Shown here in pieces: positions 1 to 11,600 of a stretch of DNA of 64,000 bases. This DNA is from the human T2T-CHM13v2.0 reference genome, Homo sapiens, in NCBI RefSeq assembly GCF_009914755.1, contig NC_060935.1; one strand, given 5' to 3'. The notes beneath the pieces were generated by a model. It saw nothing but the letters and a program-made list of their open reading frames with translations, made no database searches and was not told where the DNA came from. Positions within the stretch are counted from its first letter, which is position 1. Every line of letters starts with the position of its first letter. The position numbers were made by a program, and so were the translations under genes.

Positions 1-20
1 TGTGTTGGGCTAGGGCCCCA

Positions 21-281
21 CAGGAGGGTTTCCAGACAGTGCAGGGAGGAGGGTCCTTCATGAGGGTTTCCACACAGTGCAGGGAGGAGGGTCCTTCAGG
101 AGGGTTTCCACACAGTGCAGGGAGGAGGGTCCTTCAGGAGGGTTTCCACACAGTGCAGGGAGGAGGGTCCTTCAGGAGGCTTTCCAGACAGTCCTGGGAG
201 GAGGGTCCTTCAGGAGGGGCTTTCCAGACAGTGCAGGGAGGAGGGTCCTTCAGGAGGGGCTTTCCAGACAGTGCAGGGAGG
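21..281. repeat. Minisatellite, ~38-40 bp unit (CAGTGCAGGGAGGAGGGTCCTTCAGGAGGGTTTCCA..), ~7 copies
   Basis: Directly visible tandem copies; explains the repetitive ORFs at 39-462. Confidence 0.95.
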
Positions 282-314
282 CCACCTTGACCCTGTCCAG
301 TTTGCCTTGGGGAC

Positions 315-1257
315 TGTAGGGTCCAGCCCTACGGGGCTTAGTGGGTGTTCTCCCCATGTGCGGAGACCAGAGATTGTAATAAATAAAGGCACAAGACAAA
401 GAGATAAAGAGAAAGCAGCTGGGCCTGGGGGACCACTACCATCAAGACGCGGAGACCAGTAGTGCCCTGAACGGCTGGGCGCGCTGATATTTATTGCATA
501 CAAGACAAGGGGGCAGGATAAGGAGGGTGAATCTTCTAAGTGATAAGGTGAAGCAAGTCACCTTACGGTGACCCTTCCCTCTTAGGTAGCCGAAGTAGAG
601 AGGAAAGGCAGCATACATCAGTGTTGTCTTCTATGCAGTTATAAGAACGATCAAAGACTTTAAGACTTTCACTATTTCTTCTACCGCTATCTACTACGAA
701 CTTCAAAGAGGAACCAGGAGTACGGGAGGAGCATGAAAGTGGACAAGGAGTGTGATCATTCAAGCACCACAGGGAGGGGGTTAGGCCTCCGGATGACTGC
801 GGGCCAGGCCTGGAGAATATCCAGCCTCCCACAAGAAGCTGGTGGAGCAGAGTGTTCCCCGACCTCTCCAAGGAAAGGAGACTCCCTTTCGCGGTCGGCT
901 AAGGAACGGGTGCCTTCCCAGGCACTCGCGTTACCGCTTGACCAAGGAGCCCTCAAGCGGCCCTTATGTTGGCGTGACAGAGGGCTCACCTCTTGCCTTC
1001 TAGGTCACTTCTCACAACGTCCCTTCAGCACCTGACCCTATACCCACCGCTTATTCCTAGGTTATATAGTAATGGAACAAAGAGTAATATTAAAAGCTAA
1101 TGACTAATAATGTTTATAATAATGATTGATAATTGTCCATGAGCATCTCTATATCTAATTTGTATTATGACTATTCTTATTCTATTTTCTTTATTATACT
1201 GAAACAGTTTGTGCCTTCAGTCTCTTGCCTGGGCACCTGGGTCATCCTCCGCCCACA
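315..1257 (-). mobile_element. Solo ERV LTR, LTR13-like (HERVK13/ERVK class)
   Basis: TG...CA termini; 6-bp TSD GGGGAC at 309-314 and 1258-1263; minus-strand start TGTGGGCGG..CCCAGGTGCC.AGGCAAGAGACTGAAGGCACAAACTGTTTCAGTATAATAAAG resembles LTR13; minus-strand AATAAA at 490-495. Confidence 0.85.
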
Positions 1258-1790
1258 GGGGACCGCTGGAGGACAGACCATCCCTGGAGACGTGGGTTGC
1301 CGGACCTCGGGCCAGTCTCCCAAATGGTACAGCAGGACTGATGGGTCCCCAGCCTCCTCTCCCCAGCTACAGTCGTCCAGACCACCATTGCCATCCAGGA
1401 ACCCCAGGGATTGTAGGGGTCAAGGGAAGGAGGATGGACCTCGTCCTGGACTCCAGAGTTCTCCTCTCCAATCTGGGCCCCCCTCCCCATCTCTTGGCAC
1501 AACTGTGAGTGGCATCTCAGGCCTCCTTCCTCCACCATGTCAGGAATCAACACAGTCTTGTGAATACAGGGACCTCTCCATGGAGGGGTTAGCTTTTTTC
1601 CTTTCAGAAGGCACCTTCTTAGGCCAGGCCCCCGATTCCCAGGACTTCCCTCCTCCGCCTTGTTTGAGGAGGACCTGGCCCCACAGCGCCACCTGTTTAT
1701 AACAGGAAAGCAACAGGAGCGGCCGCCACCTGTTAGCAGCTGCAATTTGGTGAGGAACACTTGGGGCTAACTGAATGGGTCCACACACCG

Positions 1791-2300
1791 TCCTGAGGCC
1801 AGACCCCAGGAGAACCCCCGGGAGATGCCCCGCCTGCCTCAGACAGACGCCCCCTTCCCCAGAGGAGCGCCGGGGTCCTGAGGCCAGACCCCAGGAGAAC
1901 CCCCGGGAGATGCCCCGCCTGCCTCAGACAGACGCCCCCTTCCCCAGAGGAGCGCCGGGGTCCTGAGGCCAGACCCCAGGAGAACCCCCGGGAGATGCCC
2001 CGCCTGCCTCAGACAGACGCCCCCTTCCCCAGAGGAGCGCCGGGGTCCTGAGGCCAGACCCCAGGAGAACCCCCGGGAGATGCCCCGCCTGCCTCAGACA
2101 GACGCCCCCTTCCCCAGAGGAGCGCCGGGGTCCTGAGGCCAGACCCCAGGAGAACCCCCGGGAGATGCCCCGCCTGCCTCAGACAGACGCCCCCTTCCCC
2201 AGAGGAGCGCCGGGGTCCTGAGGCCAGACCCCAGGAGAACCCCCGGGAGATGCCCCGCCTGCCTCAGACAGACGCCCCCTTCCCCAGAGGAGCGCCGGGG
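1791..2300. repeat. VNTR, 85-bp unit x6, essentially perfect
   Basis: TCCTGAGGCCAGACC recurs at 1791, 1876, 1961, 2046, 2131, 2216. Confidence 0.97.
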
Positions 2301-3938
2301 GCATAGCAAGAGCCCGGGACTCGTCTGATGAACGAACAAGTAGTGGACGGACAGATGGACAGACTGACCAACAGGCCGGCAGTGGACGGGGTGTGTGCAG
2401 ATGAAAGGTGTCCCCCCCAAGAGCCTACAGGGGCCATACCCCTCAGCTACTTTCCATGCCAAGGACCAAGGCCAGAGACCTCAGAGCTGCCCCAGCCACA
2501 GGCGCGGGGCAGGGGCCACACTCCACAAGGTGAGGGGTGGTGCCCATGGGCAGCCGGGCAGGCTCCGTGGAGGGGCTGGACTTGGCTGGAGCCCAAGTCA
2601 GAAGGTTTGCAAGCGTGGGCGCCAACAGGAAGCGCCAGGACGCTTGCCTCTGGGTGAGCTGTGCCCCCACGCCGGGTCCATCAACCACCAAGGGGCTCCC
2701 CTAATGCACTCCGAACCCCGCCCCTGCAGGCGGTGGGACCTGAGGCAGCCTCCCAAGCCTCTCTGTGCACCGGCTCACTCCTGAATTCGGCTTTGACTAT
2801 ATTTTGCTTCCAACGTCCTCACACCTTTCTCCCCAGATCCTCCCCCTTCTGCTCCTTAAGACGACCACCCCAACCCCCTCCACCCACGCAGGCTCTGCCC
2901 TGGAGGTTTGTCTTCTGTGCCCTCCCACAACTCCGGGCACGCACCTGGCAGCTCTGCCCACGACCTGGGCCCAGCCGACCTTCTCTGTGAGCGCCTCCCG
3001 TGCCCCCCACGCTGAGCCCACCATGCCCCGAAGCCCTCCTGCGCCCTCTCCCACCGCCTCTTGGGAGGTGACTGACAGGCCACACCCCACCCAGGACCCA
3101 TCTAAGAGCAGCGCTCACTCACCCTTCGAGGCCCTCAGGTTCCAGGCTCTCAACCTGATTGTGCACCCAAGCGGCCCGAGGCTCCGTGCAGATTCCGGGC
3201 CCCACAGACAACCGCTTCCTCCAGGAAGCCTACCGTCAAGCCCCCCTCCAGGGCTCCTGTGTCAGGAGCTGGCTCCAGGGAGAGTGCGACCCTCAGGGCT
3301 GGTCACAGGGATCAGATGAGACTCCGCCGAGCCTGGAGCTGGAAGCTGCAGCGGTGGCCTAGCAGGCATCGCCATCCGTCTGGCCCGGCCGCAGTGAGGG
3401 AAGGTGCACCCCAGATTCCTGGCTTTGCCAAAACTGTGCCTGGCGGGCACCACGCATCCTCAGGGAGGCGCCGCAGCTCTGGGGGGGGGCACCCACAGCC
3501 CTCTCTGCCAAGGGGAGGAGGGAAGGTGGGCAGAGTCGGCCCTGGGGGCCCTGCAGGCCGCGGGGTACCGGCGTTCCCATCATAGCTCCAGCCGCACGGA
3601 AGCCCCTTCACTGAGTCCTCTTGTGAGCCCTTCGGCCTGACTGGGCTGCAGAGGCCCTCCAGGCTGGCTTCCCCCTCATGCCGCCCAGCCTGGCCCCTGC
3701 AGGGCCCCAGGTGGGCCTGGGGTGGACCTGGGTGCAGGGCGGGACCCAGCCCATGCCAGGCACATACCTCCAGGCCCGCTCTGCGCCGCACAAACTTGTC
3801 TCCCAGGATTTTTCCACACGAAACCTGTCTCCCAGGGAATCAGCCAGTCCGATGAGCTGGGCGTTCCCACCCCGCCCTCCGAGGCCCCCACAGTCCTGTC
3901 CCCGCCGCAGAGGCTGCCCCGCACGCGCCGGGCCAGGG

Positions 3939-4019
3939 ATGGAGTCCTGGACACCTCGGCCGTCAGCAGTGGCCTCTGGGATGAGCTGGGAGGCTGGCGG
4001 GATCCGGACCACGAGCCGG
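3939..4019 (+). CDS. PKP3: PKP3 alternative first coding exon 1b (MESWTPRPSAVASGMSWEAGGIRTTSR); splices into an internal acceptor of exon 1a at 5640, giving an 812-aa PKP3b
   Basis: ATG at 3939, 27 codons, donor CGG|GTAGGT; in-frame acceptor CCCTGCAG|CCTGAG at 5640; 797-12+27=812 aa matches my recollection of PKP3b. Confidence 0.8.
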
Positions 4020-5423
4020 GTAGGTCTCCCACCCCTTCCCCACCACCCCGACCCCACCTGGTGGCCCCAGCCCGGGCCTCACCCATCCTTTCAGTGGACC
4101 TTCCCCTCCCCCTTTAACCCCCCACGCTGACCTCCGACTCCTACTCTCCAGCTTCCTCCCCTCAGAACTGACCTCACCCTTAATGCTGCCTCCTAACCCT
4201 GACCCGGCCCTCACGCCAGACCCCTGCCCCAGCCCCATTAAGGCAAAAATCTTCCAGGGACGGAGCTAGGGGGCAAGGGTCTGCCCTGGAGGAGAGCCCA
4301 GAGCCAGGGTCCAGGGTCCAGGGAGAAGCAGAGGCTGTCCGATGAGCTCGTGAGAGAAGCCCAGAGGTTGTCATAGATGTTCAGCTCCCACCCCCAGCCC
4401 TCCTAGGCTTATCCCCACCCCCATCTACCAGGGGCTTGTCCCAGAGGCTAGAGGGCCTCAGAGCCCATTTGCTGGCTGTGGTGCTAGAAGGAGACCTTCT
4501 GGGCACAAGCCCTGCTTGGTCCAGGGCCCCCCCACCAGGGGCCCCCCACTACCCCACCCCCACCAGGGGCCCCCCACCCTCGCTCCCTCTCCATCCAGGC
4601 CTCTGCTCTTCCAGACCCCTGGTTCTTCCCTGCACACCCGCTCCTGCCCCAGCCTGACATGCGCTGACAGGAGTGCAGGCCCTCTGAGTCAACCCCCTGG
4701 GGCGGCCCCGCCCCCCTGCACCCTGACTCATGTGCTGGGAACGGCCTCCCACCCCAGGGCCTGGGGTGCAGGAGCAGTGGTGCCAGGGTCCCAGAAGCCA
4801 GAGAGGGTTTTGGAGGCCTCTGTAGGGGGTGAGGGGGTCCTGGGGGTGAGTTCCAGGGTCTGCAGGCTTCGGGGGAGGGCCGGTCCATCCACATGCTTCC
4901 TGGTGCGGAGGGGGCTCGCTGGATTCCAAGGACCAGGGCCAGGGCCTCCATGGAGTCCCGTTGGACCCTAAAGCTCTGTCCCTCCAGCCTTTGTCCTGAT
5001 CCCTGGCACTGACCCCTGACTCCCGACAGTGTCTCCTGCCAACCCTTCCTAGGCCTCATCCCCACCTCACCAGGAAGGCTGGGCTACCATGGAGGCTGGC
5101 TGATTCTTGGAGCTACCTAGGGCCCTAGACCCCCAGGGACTGGGGCACCCTCCCCTTCATGCTGGGGGTGGCAGGACATAGGCCCCCCGCAGGCCCCCTG
5201 CCCTTCCCTGACACTCAGGACACAGAGGGCCCCTCTGTCCCAGCCCCACGACAAAGGGCCCGGTCTGGCCTTTACAGGCTGAGAACAAGAAGGACCCAGG
5301 TCCCCGTGGCCCTGTTGTGGGATGGGAGAAAAGGAGGCGGGAGGCCAGGCTGGGACCTGGGGCCATGCAGGGCCTGTTCTTCCGCCCAAATTCCACCTTA
5401 AGCAGGCGGCGGCCCCTCCCTCC

Positions 5424-5437
5424 CACCTGGCCAGGTG
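5424..5437. promoter_or_regulatory. Paired E-boxes (CACCTG-GC-CAGGTG) in PKP3 exon 1a promoter, ZEB/SNAI-type
   Basis: Perfect 14-bp palindrome ~170 bp upstream of the ATG; PKP3 is a known ZEB1-repressed epithelial gene. Confidence 0.55.
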
Positions 5438-5603
5438 TCCCCGCCCCCAGCTGCGCTCAGGGCTGGGCAGGCGTCTGTCTTCAGGCGGCTCTGGGTGAGG
5501 CTGGCTGGGCGGGGACTTCAGGGAGAGGGCCTCGAGGGACAGGACGTGAAGATAGTTGGGTTTGGAGGCGGCCGCCAGGCCCAGGCCCGGTGGACCTGCC
5601 GCC

Positions 5604-8600
5604 ATGCAGGACGGTAACTTCCTGCTGTCGGCCCTGCAGCCTGAGGCCGGCGTGTGCTCCCTGGCGCTGCCCTCTGACCTGCAGCTGGACCGCCGGGGCG
5701 CCGAGGGGCCGGAGGCCGAGCGGCTGCGGGCAGCCCGCGTCCAGGAGCAGGTCCGCGCCCGCCTCTTGCAGCTGGGACAGCAGCCGCGGCACAACGGGGC
5801 CGCTGAGCCCGAGCCTGAGGCCGAGACTGCCAGAGGTAGGCGGTGGGGACAGCGGCGGGGATGGCGGTGGCGGGGAGAGGTGGCTGCGGGCGGACGTGAT
5901 AGTGTGAGGGCAGAGGCCGCAGTGAGGCCGGCTCCTGACTCACCAGGCCTCACACTGAGTCACACACCCCGCCCCAGGGGCGTGGGGAGAAGCCATGGGT
6001 GGGGCTGCCCTGTCCAAGCAGGGACCCCGGGGTCCTCCAAAGACTGAGCCTGGCCAGGCCCCACCTGTGCCTGGAGTCCTGGAGCCATCCCTGTGGGGGA
6101 TGACAGGGAAGGTTGGCACATGGCAGGCGGGCCAGGCCACTCGGTCGGCAAACCCGGAACACGCACGCGCCTGGCCCCGGTAGCACAGACTCACATAGGG
6201 TCTCAGGGACACCCAGACACCCACGCTCCTCCCATACCTCACGGGAATGAGCAGAACGGGAAAGCGGGGAGAGGTGTGGGGGTGCTGGAAGTCCTGGAGG
6301 AAAGCCAGGCCTGTCTGGACCAGGGGCTCCCTGAGGAATTAGAGGGGAGGGCCCGGCTGGAGTGACCTAGATTTCTCTGTGGGAACAGCAGGTGGAGGAG
6401 CACCCCTCGGTGCCAGCCAGACCCACCTGTGGCGGAATCCTGGCCCCACTCACGCGAGTGTGTGTGCATGCGTGTGAGTGTGAGTGACAGGAGCACAGAC
6501 GCTGTGAGTTGAAGGCAGTGGTTCTAGGAACGCCATTTCCTCCTTCCCAGGCTACAGCAACAGGGATTAAGGTTAGACAGTAAGATGGACCTCCCAGAAT
6601 GCCAGGGACCCAGATGCCAGTTCATCATGGTCCACTTGGTGTTTAGAGGGGCCTTCCCCAGGACTGGCCTCCAGCCACTGGCCAGGGGGAAGTGAAGGTC
6701 GCCCAGCGGAGGGGCCGGCCCGGCGGCCTGGACTGTGGGGTCCTCCCTCCAGGGGCCTCAGCCTTGCTGGTGACCAAGTCGGGTGCCCAGGGGTCATGGG
6801 GTGGAGGACGGTGAGGGAAGGGTTAATTACCACCCTGGCTGCCCTGCCAATTAGAGGGAGGTGGATTATAATTGGGGGGTGGGGGTGAGGTCCCCAGGCT
6901 GGGGCGTGCCCCCACTCCGGGCTGGGCCTCACGAGCGTCAGAGGGTTAATAGCCCCGGCCCAGAAGCCCCATTAACCAGGGTGAACCTGGGGCCTCTGCC
7001 ATGGGGGTGTCCCCCACAGAGCATCCAGCTCTGGGCAGAGTTGTGGGAGGGCCACGGCCCCTTTCCCTGCACCCCACCCTGAGCCCCTCAGCCAGGTCGC
7101 TCTGGTGGGCCTTCTCATGCCCCCACCATCAGCCCATCCTCTCTGCACCCATCCACGAGTCCATCCCTCTGCCCACTCACCATCCAACCATGGGACCCTG
7201 TCGTCGACGGCTGTCCCACCCCTCCATCCACCACTCTGTCCATCCTTCCAGCAGTCACAGCAGCCCTCCCATCCTCCTCCTGCCTGTCCCTCCATCCACC
7301 CTCCGCCCTCCACCCTCTGCCCACCCACCTGTCTGTCCACTCACTGTGGAGTCGGGCTGACGCAGCTGCCCTTGGCGTGTGTGTGGCTGGACGGGGTGGG
7401 TGTGGCCCCTGCCTCAGGCTCTGCCGGGTGGGACAGGGCACTGCAACAGGGCATACTGGTCCAGGGAGACAGTGTCACTCTCCTGTGACCGGGCACAGAT
7501 GAGGTTTGGGCACAGGAGGGGCTCAAAAGGAGTCAGTGTGGGCCGGGGCAGGCCAGGCTGGCTTCCTGGAGGAGGCTGGGCACTGTACCATGGCAAGGAT
7601 TGGAGAACTGATGTCAGAGGCCCTGGCACATTCCTCCTGGCGACCAGGAGGTCAGTGGGTGAGCGTATCTGCCCTCTCGGGTAGAGGAGGCACAGCTGGG
7701 GGGTGGGCTGTGGAAGATGGACCACCAGGGCTGACATGTGAGGAGACCAAGCCATGGCAGGAATGGGGAGGCACTGGCCCTGGTGCCCCCCTGGCCTCCC
7801 TGCCCTGGATTGGAGGCTGCTCCTAGGGTTGCCAATAGCGATGGAGTGGTGGAGAGGAGGCAGGAGGCCAGTGCTTTGCTGTGTGGCAGAGCTGGGCTAC
7901 CACCGTCCCTCTCCACAGGCACATCCAGGGGGCAGTACCACACCCTGCAGGCTGGCTTCAGCTCTCGCTCTCAGGGCCTGAGTGGGGACAAGACCTCGGT
8001 GAGCGATGGGCCCAGCCCGAGGGGGACGATCTGAGCTCTGCAGTCTGGAGAGTGGGAGGCTCTGCAGCGGGCCCGGACACAGGTGAGCCCAGGCACGCCC
8101 TCACCGCCCCCTCTCGACCCACAGGGCTTCCGGCCCATCGCCAAGCCGGCCTACAGCCCAGCCTCCTGGTCCTCCCGCTCCGCCGTGGATCTGAGCTGCA
8201 GTCGGAGGCTGAGTTCAGCCCACAACGGGGGCAGCGCCTTTGGGGCCGCTGGGTACGGGGGTGCCCAGCCCACCCCTCCCATGCCCACCAGGCCCGTGTC
8301 CTTCCATGAGCGCGGTGGGGTTGGGAGCCGGGCCGACTATGACACACTCTCCCTGCGCTCGCTGCGGCTGGGGCCCGGGGGCCTGGACGACCGCTACAGC
8401 CTGGTGTCTGAGCAGCTGGAGCCCGCGGCCACCTCCACCTACAGGGCCTTTGCGTACGAGCGCCAGGCCAGCTCCAGCTCCAGCCGGGCAGGGGGGCTGG
8501 ACTGGCCCGAGGCCACTGAGGTTTCCCCGAGCCGGACCATCCGTGCCCCTGCCGTGCGGACCCTGCAGCGATTCCAGAGCAGCCACCGGAGCCGCGGGGT

Positions 8601-11600
8601 AGGCGGGGCAGTGCCGGGGGCCGTCCTGGAGCCAGTGGCTCGAGCGCCATCTGTGCGCAGCCTCAGCCTCAGCCTGGCTGACTCGGGCCACCTGCCGGAC
8701 GTGCATGGGTTCAACAGCTACGGTAGCCACCGAACCCTGCAGAGACTCAGCAGCGGGTGAGCGGCTGGGCCCGGCTCAGGGAGGGGGCTTCTACCACGGG
8801 CCCAGCCTGAACCCAAAGTTAGCCTGACCCCTGACCCCTGGCTCCGCAGTTTTGATGACATTGACCTGCCCTCAGCAGTCAAGTACCTCATGGCTTCAGA
8901 CCCCAACCTGCAGGTGCTGGGAGCGGCCTACATCCAGCACAAGTGCTACAGCGATGCAGCCGCCAAGAAGCAGGTGACCACCCCGACCACCCACTCGCTG
9001 CCCCCTGGTGACCTCCTTCGTGGGCCCCACCACCTCCCACTGTCCTCTGCTCACTGAGCACCCCTCATGATCCCCAAGCTGACTGGGTAGACCCCACTCT
9101 GTCTGGAGCCCCCTCAGCAGAGGAAGAGCAGAAGGATACAATTTGGATACACCAGTATCACCTGCATCACCTCCGTACCCCCACATATACCTCATCACCT
9201 CCGTACACCCGCACACACCTGCGTCACCTCCGTACCCCCACATATACCTCATCACCTCCATACCCCCGCACACACCTCCGTCACCTCCGTACCCCCGCAC
9301 ACACCTGCATCACCTCCATACCCCCACACACACCTGCGTCACCTCCGTACCCCCGCACACACCTGCGTCACCTCCGTACCCCCGCACACACCTCCGTCAC
9401 CTCCGTACCCCCGCACACACCTGTGTCACCTCCCTACCCCCACATATACCTCATCACCTCCGTACACCCGCACATACCTGCGTCACCTCCCTACCCCCAC
9501 ATATACCTCATCACCTCCGTACCCCCGCACACACCTGCGTCACCTCCCTACCCCCACATATACCTCATCACCTCCGTACACCCGCACACACCTGCGTCAC
9601 CTCCCTACCCCCGCACACACCTGCGTCACCTCCGTACCCCTGCACACACCTCCGTCACCTCCGTACCCCCGCACACACCTGCGTCACCTCCCTACCCCCG
9701 CACACACCTGCGTCACCTCCGTACCCCCGCACACACCTGCGTCACCTCCCTACCCCCGCACACACCTGCGTCACCTCCGTACCCCCGCACACACCTCTGT
9801 CACCTCCCTACCCCCGCACACACCTGCATCACCTCCGTACCCCCGCACACACCTGCGTCACCTCCGTACCCCCGCACACACCTGCGTCACCTCCCTACCC
9901 CCGCACACACCTGCGTCACCTCCCTACCCCCGCACACACCTGCGTCACCTCCCTACCCCCGCACACACCTGCGTCACCTCCCTACCCCCGCACACACCTG
10001 CGTCACCTCCGTACCCCCGCACACACCTGCGTCACCTCCCTACCCCCGCACACACCTGCGTCACCTCCGTACCCCCGCACACACCTCCGTCACCTCCGTA
10101 CCCCCGCACACACCTGCGTCACCTCCGTACCCCCGCACACACCTCCGTCACCTCCCTACCGCCGCACACACCTCCGTCACCTCCCTATACGGCTGCATCC
10201 CCTGCATATCTACATCTACGCACCTGGACACAGCTGCACACAGGTGCATAGTCTGCATCCATCCACATGCGTCTGTGCACCCCCATATGCCTGTGCCCGC
10301 AGGCCCGCAGCCTTCAGGCCGTGCCTAGGCTGGTGAAGCTCTTCAACCACGCCAACCAGGAAGTGCAGCGCCATGCCACAGGTGCCATGCGCAACCTCAT
10401 CTACGACAACGCTGACAACAAGCTGGCCCTGGTGGAGGAGAACGGGATCTTCGAGCTGCTGCGGACACTGCGGGAGCAGGATGATGAGCTTCGCAAAAAT
10501 GTCACAGGTGCTGCCTGTCCCCTCCTCCACCTGTCCTTCCTCCACCTGCGCCCCTCTGCCTATCCCCCCTGCCTTCCTCCCCACCTGCCCCCCTCCACCT
10601 GCCCACCATCTGCCCCCCTTCTCCACCTGCCCCCTCTGCCACCTGCCCCCCTACTCCTCCTCCCCCCCTCTGCCTTACCCCCCCACCTGCCCGCCATCTG
10701 CCCCACTCCTCCACCTGCCCCCTCCTCCACCTGCCCCCTCTGCCTGTCCCCTACTCCTCCTGTCCTCCCTCTGTGTCCCCCCCACCTGGCCCCCCTCCTC
10801 CACCTGCCCCCTCTGCCTATCCCCCACCTGTCCCCCCCTCCACCTGTCCCCCTTTTCTGCCTGTCCCCCTCCTCCTGTCCCTCCTCTGCCTGTCCTCTCT
10901 CCTCCGTTCTGACCCCTCCACCTCATTCGGTTCCCCTCCGTCCCTTTGTACCTTTTGCCGGCCGTGTTTCTACTTGGGCCTCCACTGCCCGCCTCTTTCC
11001 TGGACCCCCGGCCACCCTGTCCTGTGGTTTTGTCTCCTTGGAGCCGCCTGCACTGCCAGGCCTGCTCACCACCCCACCCCCACATCTTGTCCCCTCTTGC
11101 TTGGTCCCAGCTCTATCACCTCAAATGCCACCCCAGGGTCTCCCCAGTGGGGCTCGTGGGTGAGGCACAGAACACCAGGCCAGCCCCTGGGGAGAGGCGG
11201 GACCTCTTCACACCATCCCCAGAAACGCGGAGGGGGTTGGAGGGCAGACGCTGATAGCAGCCTCCCCCGTCCTCCAGGGATCCTGTGGAACCTTTCATCC
11301 AGCGACCACCTGAAGGACCGCCTGGCCAGAGACACGCTGGAGCAGCTCACAGACCTGGTGTTGAGCCCCCTGTCGGGGGCTGGGGGTCCCCCCCTCATCC
11401 AGCAGAACGCCTCGGAGGCAGAGATCTTCTACAACGCCACCGGCTTCCTCAGGTGCGCCAGCCTCGGGCAGCGGGGTGGGGATTGCAGGCGCGGGTCACT
11501 GTGGGGACTCCGCCTGGCCTGGCGTTCGCAGCCCACACACCGCACGCCTCGCGCTGGGGATGGGCGTGCGAGGGCCCACGATGGGTTGGGGCAAGGCCCG

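Noticed and set aside
9143-10336. 397-aa and 301-aa Pro/His-rich ORFs
   Set aside because: Translation of a stop-free 29-bp VNTR inside a PKP3 intron
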